A stretch of DNA of 63,686 nucleotides, filler included, from Hyphochytrium catenoides (Eukaryota; Protista; Hyphochytriomycota): NCBI GenBank assembly GCA_900088475.1. It is 11 parts of 11 records of this genome, joined end to end, with 100 filler letters (N's around TTAATTAATTAA, not from the genome) between each part and the next. Parts side by side here need not be neighbours in the genome. Positions count along the whole stretch, not along the records: positions 26,405 to 37,456 come from FLMG01003511.1; positions 37,557 to 38,943 come from FLMG01000381.1; positions 39,044 to 40,829 come from FLMG01002272.1; 8 more parts are not named here. One strand, written 5' to 3'. The translations under genes and the position numbers were made by a program. Shown here in pieces: positions 26,405 through 39,965 of the stretch. The notes under the pieces are model-generated. The model worked only from the letters and a program-made list of their open reading frames with translations. It made no database searches and was not told the origin of the DNA. Numbering within the stretch: the stretch's first letter is position 1; each line of letters starts with the position of its first letter.

Positions 26405-29048
26405 ATCAGATACATATTATTATCGTGAGGATACTCTGCTCTATGGACGCGCAGTCTTCGCTCCTGCTCCGCCTCATCGATCACCTCTCCAACGTACTCA
26501 ATCACTAAATGACCAGCACGGATCTTGTCCCTCGTGACGAGGCCCCAGCCTTTGCCCTGCCACACAAGCCAGTGAGAATGGACCAAGAAGAAACATCGAT
26601 GGGGGGCATACAGAATTCTATGCGGCAAGAACGGACGGCGGTTGCTCAAGGGCTTAGACAGAGAGTAACAAGTTTTGCAATGGCGAAGCTCTGAGGGTAT
26701 AGAGAGAGAGACGGTAGCAGGACCCTATGTATGGAGGACTAAATAAATTCATCAGCAGGCCTATACTAGACTCTCACCCCATAAAACTTGGGCATCAGCT
26801 TGGGATAGTCCCGCTTCTGAAGGGAGCGGTTGCCGCAGTCGGAGCCCATCCGACAGTTTACTCGCGCAGAGGCTTTTCCATCAACAACAACTCCATAGCA
26901 CTCAGTCATTGTGGCGCGATTGACACAATCTTCCTTACACGACTCTACATATTCATCCAGCGATGAGCCGGAGAAAGCCCTCAAAAGGCGAAGAATTGGA
27001 AAGAGCCAAAAAAGAAGCACGCAATCGAGAGGGGAAAGTAACAACAAGGCGATAGAATGCTACTGGGGACCCTCACTCTCCCACAAGTCGGTGGAGGCGT
27101 GCACAACGTAGCATTGTGAAGCATAAAAAGGGAGCAGACGCCTTCTCTACCTGTGCAGTTGCAGAATGTCTCCATAGGCTTCACTTTCTGTGGCTTACAG
27201 AGGTAGACGCTCCTCCGTATTCTCTCAAACTGTGGAGGTTGGCTGCGCACCGTCTCAAGAATACTCTTAGGCAAACGGAAGTGAAGGCGATCCGTTATAT
27301 TTGCAGCTGACGGCTGACGTAAAGGAAACTTAATGACAGGCATGACGATGGGCACGGCGCCCTCTGTATTATCGGTTGAAAAGCAGCATTAGATGAGGGT
27401 ATGCAGGTCAGTATCCGTCTCATCATTAGAGCATTGAGAGGCTCTGCCTAGATAGAAACGTACCTTCGATAGCAGCAGAGAGTTCCTCACTATCCTCATC
27501 CGGAGGCAACGTCTTCTCTGGATGGTTGCCGCAGATAAGCACGCTCAAGTTGAATCGTGCGCTGGGAGGAGTGCAGTGAGGATGATATGAAGTGGGGCAG
27601 TACATGCATCGTAATAATCCGCCATGTGTCCGACTCCCGCATACTCTACAAGCGTGATACGGGCAGGCAAAGCCGCTGATGCTTCCTGTTGAGGGGTAGG
27701 AGGTCAAGTGCTAGGTGAACAAATGGCTGAGGGTTGGCGAAGCTAGAGAAGACAAGCACTGCTGATAAGAAAGCAGGGTTAGACTTGGGCCACTGACCTT
27801 CAGTCAGAGGTCGCTTAGAGGTAGACTTTGTGAGCTCGTCCTTCCAGACGCACTTTTCATGGTAGAACTTGCCGCAGCTATATATTCTGCACTTATAGAC
27901 CTTGGAGCTTGATCGACCTGGCAGGAGATGGGATAGAATGCAAGTATTCTAAGGCACGCCGACAACGGAGAGACGGTATAGGACAGGATAGGGCTCGTCG
28001 TCCGAGGGCCTTACCGTATGACGTTTCGCGCTTGTTGCAGATAAAGCAGGTATGTCTCTTGGCGGAACAATCATCGCAGTACCAGTGCGTTTCTTCAGGG
28101 ATCCTATCCATGAAGAGACACTGAAGGTGGAACGACCGCTTACATGGGCCATCGCAGCATACTAAGTCTGAGTTCACCTCATCTTTGATGAGATTACACA
28201 GCGCGCACCAAGGTTCGTTGTAGTCCCTCTTCTCTTGCTCAACATCTTGCTCTGTAATATGCAAGGAAGAGGGGGAGAGAAGAGAAGTGGTTTTGACGTC
28301 ACTCTTAAACCGAGACGTTCGTCTTGTCCTGCTTCCAGTGCTTTCCGGTCCAGGTTCAGTGCTGCTAGTCACTGTCTCTGCCAAGCTGCTTGTCTCAAGT
28401 AATGATTCAGGCTCAGGTGCAGAGTGAGCGTCACCCATGTCCATTGGAGTCAGCTGGTCCTCAGCAGAGGGGGAACTGCACGTTGACTGGGGCTTTACAG
28501 GGGTCTTCCGCAGCCATCTCGCAAACCGAGGGTCATCGCCTGAAGTATGTTGGTGCAGCGGAGCAATGAGAAGAGGATCGTTCCTATCAACCCACTCATC
28601 AAACTTCGCACTCCAGCCCATGTAGTGTATCTAGGCAACGAGGACAAGAGGTCAGCAGGGTAAACAGAAGGCGATAGAGGAAGGCAGGGTGTGTCCTGGT
28701 CAAAGTTCCAGGCGGACTTGCGCCTATTTACCTGCATGAGGTCTTCGTCTAACTTCTGAACCTTTGCAACCCACCATTCGCCTGAGTTTGCGCACTTGAC
28801 ATCAAGCATATCACCTATCTGTATTTGTTTGGCCCAGTCTTCAGGGGGCGCCGTCTGATTCTTGACTTCCGAGCCATTGAGCGCCCTTCTACGGCCTAGA
28901 AAGGACGTAGTACGTAAGGATGTATCCCAAAAAGGGAAGTCAGAAACCGAGGACTTATATCTCTAAGACCCCGTACCTTTCGGGCCTTCTTTGATTGGCA
29001 ACAGCCTATAAGCGTCGTAGCCGCTACTGAAATTCGACTTCTGATCAT
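26405..29048 (-). CDS. NSD/ASH1-like histone-lysine N-methyltransferase (chromo-barrel-like, PHD fingers, AWS, SET), truncated by gap
   Basis: Motifs GDMLDVKC..WWVAKV..IHYMGWSAKFDEWV; PHD WCALC..LVCCDGPCKRSFHLQCL; CPYHACRVC..LLRCMYCPTSYHPHC; AWS CKEDCVNRATMTEC..CGNRSLQKR; SET GKGWGLVTRDKIRAGHLVIEYVGEVID. Confidence 0.88.
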
Positions 29049-30182
29049 GTTCAGAAATGACGGAGAATCGGTTGTCCGGAGGCAGAAGTGAACCTGTCAT
29101 TCTTTCTATGTGTTCTATAGTGTCACTTTCATCACCTCAGCCACCAGGATCTCTTTCGCCTCTCTCAGAAGCTCTAAAAATCCAGTTCCCAGACCAGAAG
29201 AGATCTGCAGTGCGGTCTGCAGATGAAGATGAAGCTTCCGATGCGCAGACCCACAAAAAATAAAGCTTCAGAATCAAATATCCTTGCCCGCCAAACCCAA
29301 ACACACTCTGACGCCAAACCCACTATATTCGCTCGGAGGTATATGTCAGCTGTACACTATGTAGCTCTTCCATACACAAGAGCAGTTGTCAAACCCATGT
29401 AAAGTGTCCAAAGTATGGGCCTGTCTTGTGATTGTGCAGAAGGGGAAAATGGCGGGAAATGATCTAGACCGAAATTTACTTTGCAGACTAGTAGACTAAC
29501 AATGCCTTCTAACCAACTTGTTAGTCTCGGCCAAACCTGTTTCGGATGGTGAGGCCCGAGGCATGCGTTTATTATATCTCAATGAAGAAGTCAATTCTAA
29601 TCCTCCGACAGAGTTATCGTAATCTTAGATAGTTTGCACTATTCTAGGCTGAGTAGCAGATGACCCACCGCGCTTGTCGTAGGAGGATGACAAATCTTCA
29701 GATTCTGATCTCCCAGACTTCTGCAGCCTCAACATGGAGCTCCTCGACGTCCTGAGGCTAATGGCGGGGCATCGTCAGGTTGATAAGCTGGGGACTGCGC
29801 TATGACTCTCTTGGCCAGGGACAAACGGTAGAGTGAAGCCCCGAAACACGATGCAACGATTGTCGGTCTGCTGCATGAGCAGCTTTTTGGTGGGGTTAAC
29901 TTGCGAGAGAGTTGGTCGCCCTTCTCGAAGTGAGGAGAATTAGGTGGCGGAGAAGATAGTAGGAAGAGACCTACTCTAGCGTGGCCCAGCCACTACCCAG
30001 CCCTGCAAACCATTACCGGCTTGGCATGTCGTGGCTACATTGCCATTGCCGCGAAATGGAGGTGACAGTGATGAATTCTCCTAGACGATGGCCTGCTAGC
30101 GCGATCGATCGACGCCTCTTGTGGGCTAAGTCAGAGCGCTGACAGCCAGCTCACCGTATTGATGTGCTTCCAGGCGCCAGTG

Positions 30183-33100
30183 TCACATCCCGTCCATCTG
30201 TCAATAACAGTCAAGACTGGCTAAGCCGAATATGGAGCGCATAGTCACAAGTCAATCTTCTCACCTTGCGCCGCATAGCTTCTCCGACATTGTCCTCGTC
30301 GCCATCGATACCGATGGCATTTATCCCAAGACTGTTGGCCGCCGCTAGTAGGGAACCTCGCCCACAAAAAAGATGGACGATAAGCGGCTTTTGCCTGCGC
30401 TGGCCTTCCTTTTTGCCGCTGATATTATCAAATAAAATGTCAATGCCACCTATCAGGGAACTTCGGACGCTCACTACCCTTTAACTGTCCTCTCTCAATC
30501 CCTTTTGCTCTTTCCGCTCTGTCTCTCCCTCTTCTTTTTGCTTTCTTCTTTTTGCTCTCCTTCTCAGTCGTCTCTCTCTCTCTCTCTCTTTCTGGCTCTT
30601 TTATTCATATCTCTCTTTGATAGCTCTCCTCTTCAATCTTTCCTCTCTTGGTCTGGAGAGTGGAGGCAGCGACTTTACCTCTTCCTGGAGTCTACATCTC
30701 TATGTTCCTGGGCTCCCATCACCTGTTGGGCGAATTGGAGAGCTTCATTCGCTGCCTTGGATCCCAGCGCCTGCCAGGGATCGTCCGGGAAAATGCTCCG
30801 CTCTGTCGGTCAGACATAACGGTTGCGTGAGCACTGCTGCGCCATTGAGCAACAAGAAGGAGAATAAAGAGACAGCGCACCCAAGAGAAAGATAAATAGA
30901 GATAAAAAAAGTGCCTCGGTTCCATAACTAAGTAGACCGGCGGTGCTGATTGAAAGCTTGAGACAAGCTCACCCTCTAAGATGACCTCAGAGGAAGGGAT
31001 GAGGTCCGGGTCTAGGGTTAAGTGGTTCCCATAGCAGAGCAAACTAGCGAATCCTGGCCCTCCTCTTCTTCTCCTTTCCTCCGGGAGCACCACAATCTTC
31101 TTCCAAAGCAGCTGGCAAAGTGTTCCCTTCGATGCAGAGTAGCAGATCCCAGCCATATCCACATATTCCATGTCACTCAAGGTCGACGCGGAGAGCGAAC
31201 TGGACGAATCATCCTTTCCCCCACTAAGGGCCAGTCTCTCATCGAAGCAGTAGATAAAGCCAAGACATCCCTAAGGTTATTGAGAGTTGCCGGTTAGCAC
31301 GTTTTGTAAGTAAACCGGGGCATTGTAACACTCGGGCAGAAATGAAAGAGAAAGAGAGACACAGACACACAGCGAGAGAGGGAGAGGGCGAGAGAGGGAG
31401 AGGGCGAGAGAGAGAAAGAAAGAAAGGAGAAGAGCTAGAAGGAAGGAAGGCGAGAGAAGCGACGAGCGAGGATAGACTAAGATTCAGGAAAGACCAGCGC
31501 ACAAATTGAAGGCAAGAAGAGCTAGCCACGTCAGAGAGGCATGCGAGACAGCCCGAGGCCAGATGAAGAGAGGAAGCGGTCTCACACGCAGCGTGGAAAC
31601 CTAGCAGGGATAAGCCAGAGGTTTGACACAGAGAAATGAACGGGTGAGGGAAACCGTAGAATTGCCTGCACCAAAGAAAGGACAAACAGACAGGTAAGAA
31701 AGGAGAACGCTTACCAATGAGATCTTGCTCAGCAGGATCCGAATCACCCTCAGACTCCATTCTGTATATTCGACGTGTGTCATTCCCTTTAGCGCCGAAA
31801 GAGGAGGAAGAGAGAGAAAGGTCGACGCGAAAGGAGGTATGATCTCAGTCCTCTGAAGGTATTTGACCGGGTCCAATAGAAGAACCTCCCTGGAGCCTAT
31901 TCAGAAAAGGAAGAGAAAGCCACGCACCACAGAAATAGGAAGACGGACAGAGTGAGTGGTTGGAGTGAGAGAGCAAGTGTGAGAGAGGGACCCAACAAAG
32001 AGAGACTGAAAGAGAGAGAGGATAGGGGAGAGACGAGCCTATAGCACAAAAGCCCTAGCTCATTATCAGCGACAAACAGAAGCTCTTAGCCATGAGGATG
32101 TAACATGAGCAAGAAGAACGAAGCAGCATGAGCGTGTGGGTCCCTGCTTCTTTAGACTTTCTAACCTGTTCGCTCCAGACCACTGCTTCCCAACCTCGAC
32201 TCGCTTGTCGTTGAAAGGAGTCCTCTTGTCGTCTTGCTCCTGTCGCTGACCAGAGACCGATAGGCGGCAAGCTCTTGACCCTGGAGGATCGTTAGGTAAG
32301 AGCAGTTAGAAGGATCACGAGGATGCTGCCAGAGAAGGAGCTGCTACCGTCTGAAGATTAAGCTGCGCCTTGGCACTTTTTCTTTGGCTTTCTTCTCGTT
32401 CTAAGGTCTGCTCTTCGGATTTGGACATCGACTCTTGGGCACTGGTAGACCCATCCCCCACCAAGGTGTCAGAAAGCGAAGACGCCAGTCTTTCCTCGCT
32501 AAAAGCTCCAAGAAGATCTGCGAAGAGTCTCCGATAGTCAATGGTTCGGCTTCCTGGAGAGCTTTGATATACTTCCACTAAGACCTCTACCTCCTCTTTT
32601 GATACGGAGGGAGAGAGAGAAAGAAGAGACAGAGCCGCTTCTAGTTCTTCAGCAAGTACGTAGCCGCTGCCTTGCTCGTCCATCCCCTCTAGAACCCCTG
32701 GCAGCTGGTTGCCCTCTCGATGGCTGAGAATCTTAAGCAATACGTCCTTTTGTCTCAGTTCTGTTGCCTGTGAACCGATAATGTTTCCTTTCTCTTCTAC
32801 CGCTAATTCTCTATGTGAATCCTGAGAGGAAACTGCAAGAAGGTCGAGTGTCGTCTCCTTCTTCTCTTCCTCTAGCGTTTCTGACGAGGGAAAGAGGTCT
32901 CGTCTATCTTTATGCCTTGATTCGTCTCTTTCTATTCGCTCTGCTAACGCTCTGACAAGGCGTTCTAAATAGCCACTTTGACTTGTAACGACTTGATAGT
33001 CTCTAGTATGGAGAGAGGCCATTCCTTCCACCCTCTCCCTCAGTAGTCGTAGGTCGTGCTCCACTTTCTTATCGTTCCTGTGTGAGTAACGAAGGCGGAG

Positions 33101-36100
33101 CGGAGCTGAGAAGAAGATAACGACTGACGCTGAGGCGTATGGGCTCATTTAGGGACAATAGGATAAATGCCTTCCAGCGAGCAGTACACAGACAAAGTGG
33201 ACGGTGGTAACACTGACCGAGGAGAAAGTTAAGGGAAGGGAAAGGGAGAAGAAGAGGGATAGAGAGCTTCATTGTTTCTTTCTCCCCTGGGGAGACGCCC
33301 ATCTAAAAGAGGCTCTTAGAGGTCGAAACCCGCATCAATTTAGGAAGGTATAGAGAGCTCAGAGGCTAATAAGCAGGATGTTTTAAAAGTGCCTAAAGAG
33401 GCTACCGCGTACCTTTCGAAGGGTTGGACGCCATATGAAGTAGCACTTCTCAAGCCTTCCCTTCCCACCATAGCTTGCCCTCTGTCTCGCGGTTGCTTAC
33501 CCCCACTAGTGGTTGAGCTAGCAGGCCCAGGGGCAGAGGAGGGCCTGGTCCTTCGTGGAGGAGATGGCGTGGAAAGTCGCGCTACCCCAGGAGAAGAGAG
33601 ATTGGGCGAGAAGGATGTAGAGTCCTCTTTCTCTACACTCAGATGTTGAGGCCCGTGATCTTGGACGAAGGCTTTCCCAAAGCCGCTAAGGAAAAACACT
33701 CATTAGTAAGTAGAGGGAAGAAAGCTACCCGATCTTGTCTACGGCGGAGGAGGGGAGAGCCCCGGGAGAACTGAAATAGGCAGAATGACTTAAGTTTTTG
33801 AGGAGTAGAAGGAGCCAAAGGAGGATAGTCGTAGCACAACACGAGAGACAGATGTCAAGCGGCATTGCAGGACGTCCGTAAGAGGCAGCGGGCACGCACA
33901 GTCTTTCTGCCCACTCTCTAACGGCAGTGACGTCTCTTGGACTTGGATCAGCCGAGAGCCACCTCCGCACTTGCCGCCGGCCCTATGAAGGGAAAGAGAT
34001 TGCGAAAGGTGAGGCAAGAAGTATGCGAGAGAGGTTGAAGCGATAAGGGAGCTAAGGTCTCATCAGGAACGAAATGTGAACGGGAAGGTAATGATAAATC
34101 AATGTGCCTCTGAAGCTACCTTTGTCTTCTCTCTCCTTGGCGTGGATGGTCTACTTCTTTCTCGTGGGGAGGGCGAAGGTTCACGAGTCCAATCACGGCT
34201 TTTACTCTCCTCCGCTCTGGTCAAATGGAGGTAGGGAGAGAGTCAGGTGTGACAGATGAGGTACTTGAGATGGTTGAACGGACAAACAGAGAAAGAGAGG
34301 CAGAGTGAATTTCTGTATTTAACAGAGAAGTTTGATACAGAAGAGGTAGAAAAATAGAGGAGATAGGGAGAGAGACGGAACAATTGAAAGGAGAACCCTG
34401 ACCTCATAAGGTTGGCAGCAGAAGAGCGCAACTGGTCTTCCCACTTCTTCTTATCCTCGAACACTCCTTCCACTACTCTCTCTGGTCTTCCTCTGGGGGT
34501 CGAGGGCCGCGATAGGCTCTTGGGCTGGCTTCGGAGAGTGTCATGGGCGAGCTGGTTCAAGGAGATGAAGGTTAAGACCCGCAGATAGAGATAGACAGGC
34601 AGGACCGAAATGAGAGACAGAGAGAGGCAGGGAAAAGAGAAAGAGAGGGGGAGAGAGAGAGAGAGAACGAGAGAGAGATTGCGGAGAGAACGAGAGCGAG
34701 GGAGAAGGGAGAGAGAGGAAGGGGCAGGGAGGAAATGAGCGCAGAGTTCCAAGGAGGTCTTAAGTGGGACCAGTAGAAAGGTAATGGTTATGAGAGATTC
34801 ATGGCTGAGCTCCATCATCTAAAGCCCAACTGAAATGCTGCCATTAGGTACGTTCAAGGCTCGGTCCATCTCTTCCCTGCTGGCTCTTCTTATCCTCGCC
34901 CGTCTCTCCCTTCACCATTGTCTGTGTCTCTTTCCCTCTGTCTTTCTCTCCTTTGGTTTAGATATCTCTGTCTTAGGATTGCAATTTTAGGCTTACCTGC
35001 TGCCTTCGATTAGGTGTGACACTTCTGCCCCTTCCATTGCTGGACGTCAGTGTAATCGGGCTTGGTTCTATCTTCGGAGAGGCTGGAGCCGAAAAAGACC
35101 CGAGAGGCGTCTCAGAGTCTCGTTCTCCGTTTCTCTCCTCGTGTCTGTCGGTCTTCTCTCTCTTGCGCTTGACTACAGTAGGGGTTGGAGGTCTGCTCAG
35201 AGGCCGTCGTTCGACCATATTATAGTCCTCCCTTCCGCGGATGTCCTCCCTTGCTGGCTCTCTCTTCTTTATCGCGGACCCCAACTGATGTCTAAGAGCA
35301 TTCCCGTCCAAGACCTCTAGCTGCAAGTGAGAGCAAGAACCCAGGAGAGACAAAGAAAACTCTTCATGAGACAGGGGGCAGGAGGTAGATCAGATGTTGG
35401 GACAACGGCGTAGTGGTAGACGCAGGAGAGGAGTGGGCCCGCAAACTGAGTGGATGAACATTGACTAAGAGACAGCAGCAATGGGAAGACATAGAATGCG
35501 ATTAAGGCGGGGGATGGGAAGGAAGAGTCATGCTCAGGAGGAAACGAAGAGAAAGGGAATGGCATGAGTGGGACCGCAGCGAGAGCAAGAACAGAGAGAG
35601 AGAGAGAGAGAAAAGGGAGAAGAAAGAGAGAGACACACACAAGCAGGAAGAAGAAGAAAGAGGTAAAAGGAGAGCAAGAGAAGAGGAGATTAACCGGAAA
35701 TATGGGAAGCGTTCGTTAACCGAGGCGTAGACTCACCGCTGGAAGGAGGTCGCGCATATGCGCTCTGTAGGTTTTGGACTCCGAGACCTCGTTCCCTTCA
35801 CATCTCAACCTCTTCAAGCTCTTACAAAGCGCAAGCGAGCGAAGAGAGAGAAAGGAAGAGAGAGAGTTATAGGAGAGATCAAGAGAGGAGAGAACGTCTA
35901 GGTGCTCAATCCCTTCTACGACTCTAAGCTGGTTGTGGGAGAGGTTCAGCTCGCGGAGGGAAGTTAAGAAGAGAAAGCCTTGGCCTATCTTCCTGAGAAG
36001 ATTATAGCTGAGGTCGAGGTACTGAAGGTTCGGGAGATAGAGAGGAGAAAGTGGTGTCTCTTCTTTCTCCCGTCGTTCTCTCTTCTCTCTTCTCTCTTCC

Positions 36101-36661
36101 CGCTCCACCCACAGGCGAGAGAGACGGTTGTGAGAGACATCAAGATGGACAAGAGATCGGAGAGGAAGGTGAAGGAGGCAATCAAGAGAGGAAAGGTGAT
36201 TTCCTTGCAGCTCCAGCCGCTGAACAGGAGAGAAAGCAGAGAGAAGAGATGGAGACCGATTGTTTTCTTGTCTCTGTGGGCACGAGACACGCAAAAGAGC
36301 TGCCACATCCTTCACCTCTAGTCCCTCGTTAGCGAAAGAGAGAGTAACAAAGGATGGAGAAGAAAGAGACTGGGTGGCTTCTCTCTCTCGGTCCTGAGCT
36401 GTCTCTCTATTCTTAGTGGCCTCACTGGGAGTGCGTGGAGAAGAGACATCTCCGCTTTCTGTGCCTAGAACTGCAGGAGAAAAGGAAGGAAACGGGTTTT
36501 CTGTTCTCTCAAGGACGGTGGCGCTTCTCTCTCTATCTCTCACTGTCGGCTCCTCCTCCTCGCGAGCTCTAGACGGAGATCGATTAGTAGGGAGTGTGCA
36601 TACAAGTTACCCACAGCACGATATCCCAACAGGGAGGAGAGAGGCGCGATCAGAGACAGGA

Positions 36662-36705
<44 letters not shown>

Positions 36706-37018
36706 GAGAAGAGAAAAAGAGAGGGAGAGGGAGAACTGAGTAGCCAGCCGGTCGCTAAATGGAGTTTCAACGGGAGAGAGAGAGAAGAAGAGAAGAGAGA
36801 TGCGCAGAGATGTGATGGGAGATGTCCCAGAGGCAAAGAGCAGGGGAAGAAGAGAGGCGCAGCCATGAAGATAAGAGAGAAACTTACTCGATGGAGCTCC
36901 CGGACGGACTTCCACTCTCAAAGGGCTCGTCACCATAAGCCGCCGGAGCTTCAGAAAGAGGAGCAGGTAGCGCAAGGGAAGGCGCTGAGGGAACCGTCTC
37001 TTCCGGACTCTGCTCCAT
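30183..37018 (-). CDS. Multidomain protein: LRR, low-complexity linker, EF-hand pair and bacterial-type SAM-dependent methyltransferase (~14 exons)
   Basis: ATG at 37018 (MEQSPEETV). All inferred GT-AG junctions are phase-compatible. LRRs LQYLDLSYNLL and LRELNLSHNQL; EF-hand-like MDEQGSGYVLAEEL..TIDYRRLF; MTase-like REVLLLDPVKYL..FLSLPP..LLWKKIV..WQALG..IVHLFCGRGSLLAAANSLGINAIGID. Confidence 0.75.
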
Positions 37019-38232
37019 AAGGAGAGGGCCTCTCCGTCTTATAAATTCTCTCTCTCTCGCGTTCTATTCCCTGCCCGTGTCTGCCTGCCATTCGCAGGTG
37101 GGTTGGCGGCTTTCGGAGTGAGCGAGGCTGGAGAAACAGATGAGGGTTGAGAGCAATGCGTGAATTTGGGGTTATCAAGAGGGAAAGAGAGCGAGAGAAG
37201 AGACAGTCAGCTCTTTCTTAGTGAGAAAGAGGGAAGGAAGGGCGGATTCCCCCTAAGACGGTGATGAAAGAGCGAAGCAAATAGCAAGGTTGATAATCGA
37301 GAGACGAGCCGCTCGCTGTCCATCATCGTAAAGAAGCGGAGGCGAAGAGAAATGGAGCTGAGGGGCAAAAATAAGCACAGAAAGTGAAGAGAACAGGTTA
37401 AATGGGAGAGGGAGAGAGAGCGCGCGAGAGAAAGAGAAAGAGACAGAGAGAGAGAGNNNNNNNNNNNNNNNNNNNNNNNNNNNNNNNNNNNNNNNNNNNN
37501 TTAATTAATTAANNNNNNNNNNNNNNNNNNNNNNNNNNNNNNNNNNNNNNNNNNNNGAGAGAGAGAGAGAAAGAGAGGGGGAGACAGAGAAAGAGAAGTG
37601 AGAGAGAAAGAGACGAAAAAGAGAGGGGGACAGAGAAAGAGAGTGAGAGAGAGAGAGAAAGAGAAGAGAAAGAGAGGGGGAGAAAGAGAACAGAGAGAGA
37701 GAGAGAGATGTCTTGATCTGCTAGAAGGAGAAGACAGTACAAGGACAAAGGACTGGAAGTGGAGGAGTAAAGATTCGAACACGGAGAGGAAGGTCATACA
37801 AGCCCCACTGCAAAGGAGAGAGAGTCATGAGAGAGAGAGGAAAACGAGAGAGCAGAGCAGAAGAGGAGAGAGAGAGAGAGAGGTGATCAGGACAACGTCC
37901 TATGGAAAGGAAAGAGACGACCAATAGCCAATGGCCAGAACGACGGAATAAGCAGAGCAGCAGTAAGAGAAAAGAGAAGAGAGCGAGGGTGGATAGAGAG
38001 AAAGTCTCTGGAAGAAAGAGCGAGGAACTTAAATGGCAAAGCTGGAGAGAGAGAGAGACAGATAGAGAGAGAGAGAGAGAAATAGGGAGAGAGCGCGAAA
38101 AACACAGAGGCCCGAGAAGCAAGGAGGCGGTATAAGAGAGAAAGGAGAGGAAGCTAAAGGTAAACAAGCAAGAGTCCGCTTATAATGTGACAAATAAATA
38201 TCGGTTCTGTGAATCACTCTCTCTCTCACTCC

Positions 38233-38265
<33 letters not shown>

Positions 38266-38313
38266 ACTCTCTTCCTCTTTCTCTCTCTCTCCATGTCAAC
38301 AGACGCAGGGCTT

Positions 38314-38830
38314 CTAGATGAGTTCTATCTCTCCCTTAAGCACGAGGTGCCTGATGGCTCTGTACCGCATGACATGGATGTCTCCTTTCTGCAGCTGGAT
38401 GTCATTCTCTCCTCTACCAAGAAAAAATAGAGTTAGAGCAAGGGACGACAAGGCAAAACGGTGGGAGAGAGAGGGAAGAGAAAACAAAGAGAGCCACAGG
38501 AAGAGAGTTAAAGAAAGAACGACACAGGAGAGAGACAGAGAGAGAGACAACAGAGTTTGAGAGAGCCGCGAGTAGGAAGAAGAAGGAGAGAGCGAGAGAC
38601 CGAGGGGAAGCATGAGAGGAAGAGAGGTATAAGAGAGAGACACACAGAGAACCACAGACAGATAAAGATGGGGGAGAGAGGGAGAGAGTGAGAGAGAGAG
38701 AGACAGAAAAGGTGACTGGAGAAAGAGAGACGGCTGCCAACCTGTCATCGGTCTGAAGAGATCCCAAGTCCGACGGTACGCGGCAAAAGACGAAAGTGTC
38801 CAAGTTTGGTCTCTCAACTGCGAGGCGGGG
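38314..38830 (-). CDS. GINS4: GINS complex subunit Sld5, 3' exons only
   Basis: Spliced VERPNLDTFVFCRVPSDLGSLQTDDR|GENDIQLQKGDIHVMRYRAIRHLVLKGEIELI* matches the Sld5 C-terminal B-domain (PxLDxxVF..LxKGxxHxxRY..I..L...G.I.LI). Confidence 0.8.
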
Positions 38831-39043
38831 CCGAAAGAGAGAGTTGTTAGAGAGGTGGGTGGAGAGAGAGAGAGGGAGAGAGACAGAGAGAGAGAGACAC
38901 AGAGAGAGGCAGGCAGACAGACAGACAGACAGAGAGTGAAAGANNNNNNNNNNNNNNNNNNNNNNNNNNNNNNNNNNNNNNNNNNNNTTAATTAATTAAN
39001 NNNNNNNNNNNNNNNNNNNNNNNNNNNNNNNNNNNNNNNNNNN

Positions 39044-39965
39044 ATCAGGAGAGAAAGCATTCAAGAGTCTCACCGTCTTTGTGAAAGACTCAAGAACTCG
39101 GAGGTTGGCCAGTCTCCCTCTCTCTCCTCCTCCTATGACTCCAACCTCTCGGAGAGAGAGAGAAAGAGGCAGCAAGGGCACCGCATTTCTATCTTCTCCC
39201 CGTCTCCTCTTTCTCTTCTTGACAATGAGAGGCGGCTGTTGACGCGGAAGAGAGGATGTCGTGCCCGAGGAGGAGAAAGTGCCAGGAATTGCCTAGCGGG
39301 AGGAGAAGGTTCAGCAGGAGAGAGAGAGAGCGAATGGACAGAAGTCGGAGAGAGAATTCTTAAAGGAGGGGGGAGGAGAGAGAGAGAGAGAGAGGGAGAG
39401 AAAGAGAAAGAAGAGAGAGAGAAGTGAGAGAAATCCCACCAAGAGGGAAAAAATGTAGGCTGCTAAAGGAGCTCGATAGAGAGAGAGAGCGCGAGAAAGG
39501 CAAAGACAGCCAACAGAGAGAGAGAGAGCGCAAGAGATAGACAAAGACAGCCAGGAAAAGAGAGAGAGGGAGAGAGAGAGACACAAGCCAGTCAGCGAGA
39601 GAGAGAGAGAAAGAGACCGACCAGGAGAGAGGGAGCTCCTTACCTCTCGTCCTACTTTAAAGTATTTCTTCCTCTCAGGATCATAGTAGAACCCTCGGAG
39701 TCCGCGCAGAGGCGCTGGAGAGAGAGATGTCTCTTCTCTCTCTCTGTGAATTTCCTCTCTTCTTTCCTCAAATGAGGCAAAGGAGGAAGAAAGAGAGGGA
39801 TTGTCACGGGAGGTGCTGTTCTTTTGCTGTTCTTCTCTCTTTCTCTTTTCTTCTTCTTGCTTCTCTCTTTGTGCTGCTAACGCAGCGAGAAAGGCGGGGT
39901 CGGGCTCTTCCTCTCGCGCTTGCTTATGTCGAGGAGAACGCGGCCGGGAATGCGTTCTTCCAGAG
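39044..39965 (-). CDS. DCAF4/WDR21-like protein, N-terminal fragment
   Basis: LRGFYYDPERKKYFK resembles the DCAF4 N-terminal GFYFDPEKKRYF motif. Donor GAG|gtaagg near 39644; truncated by gap. Confidence 0.5.

Noticed and set aside
3400-29000. Introner-type mobile introns
   Set aside because: The introns inspected show no shared sequence or terminal inverted repeats.
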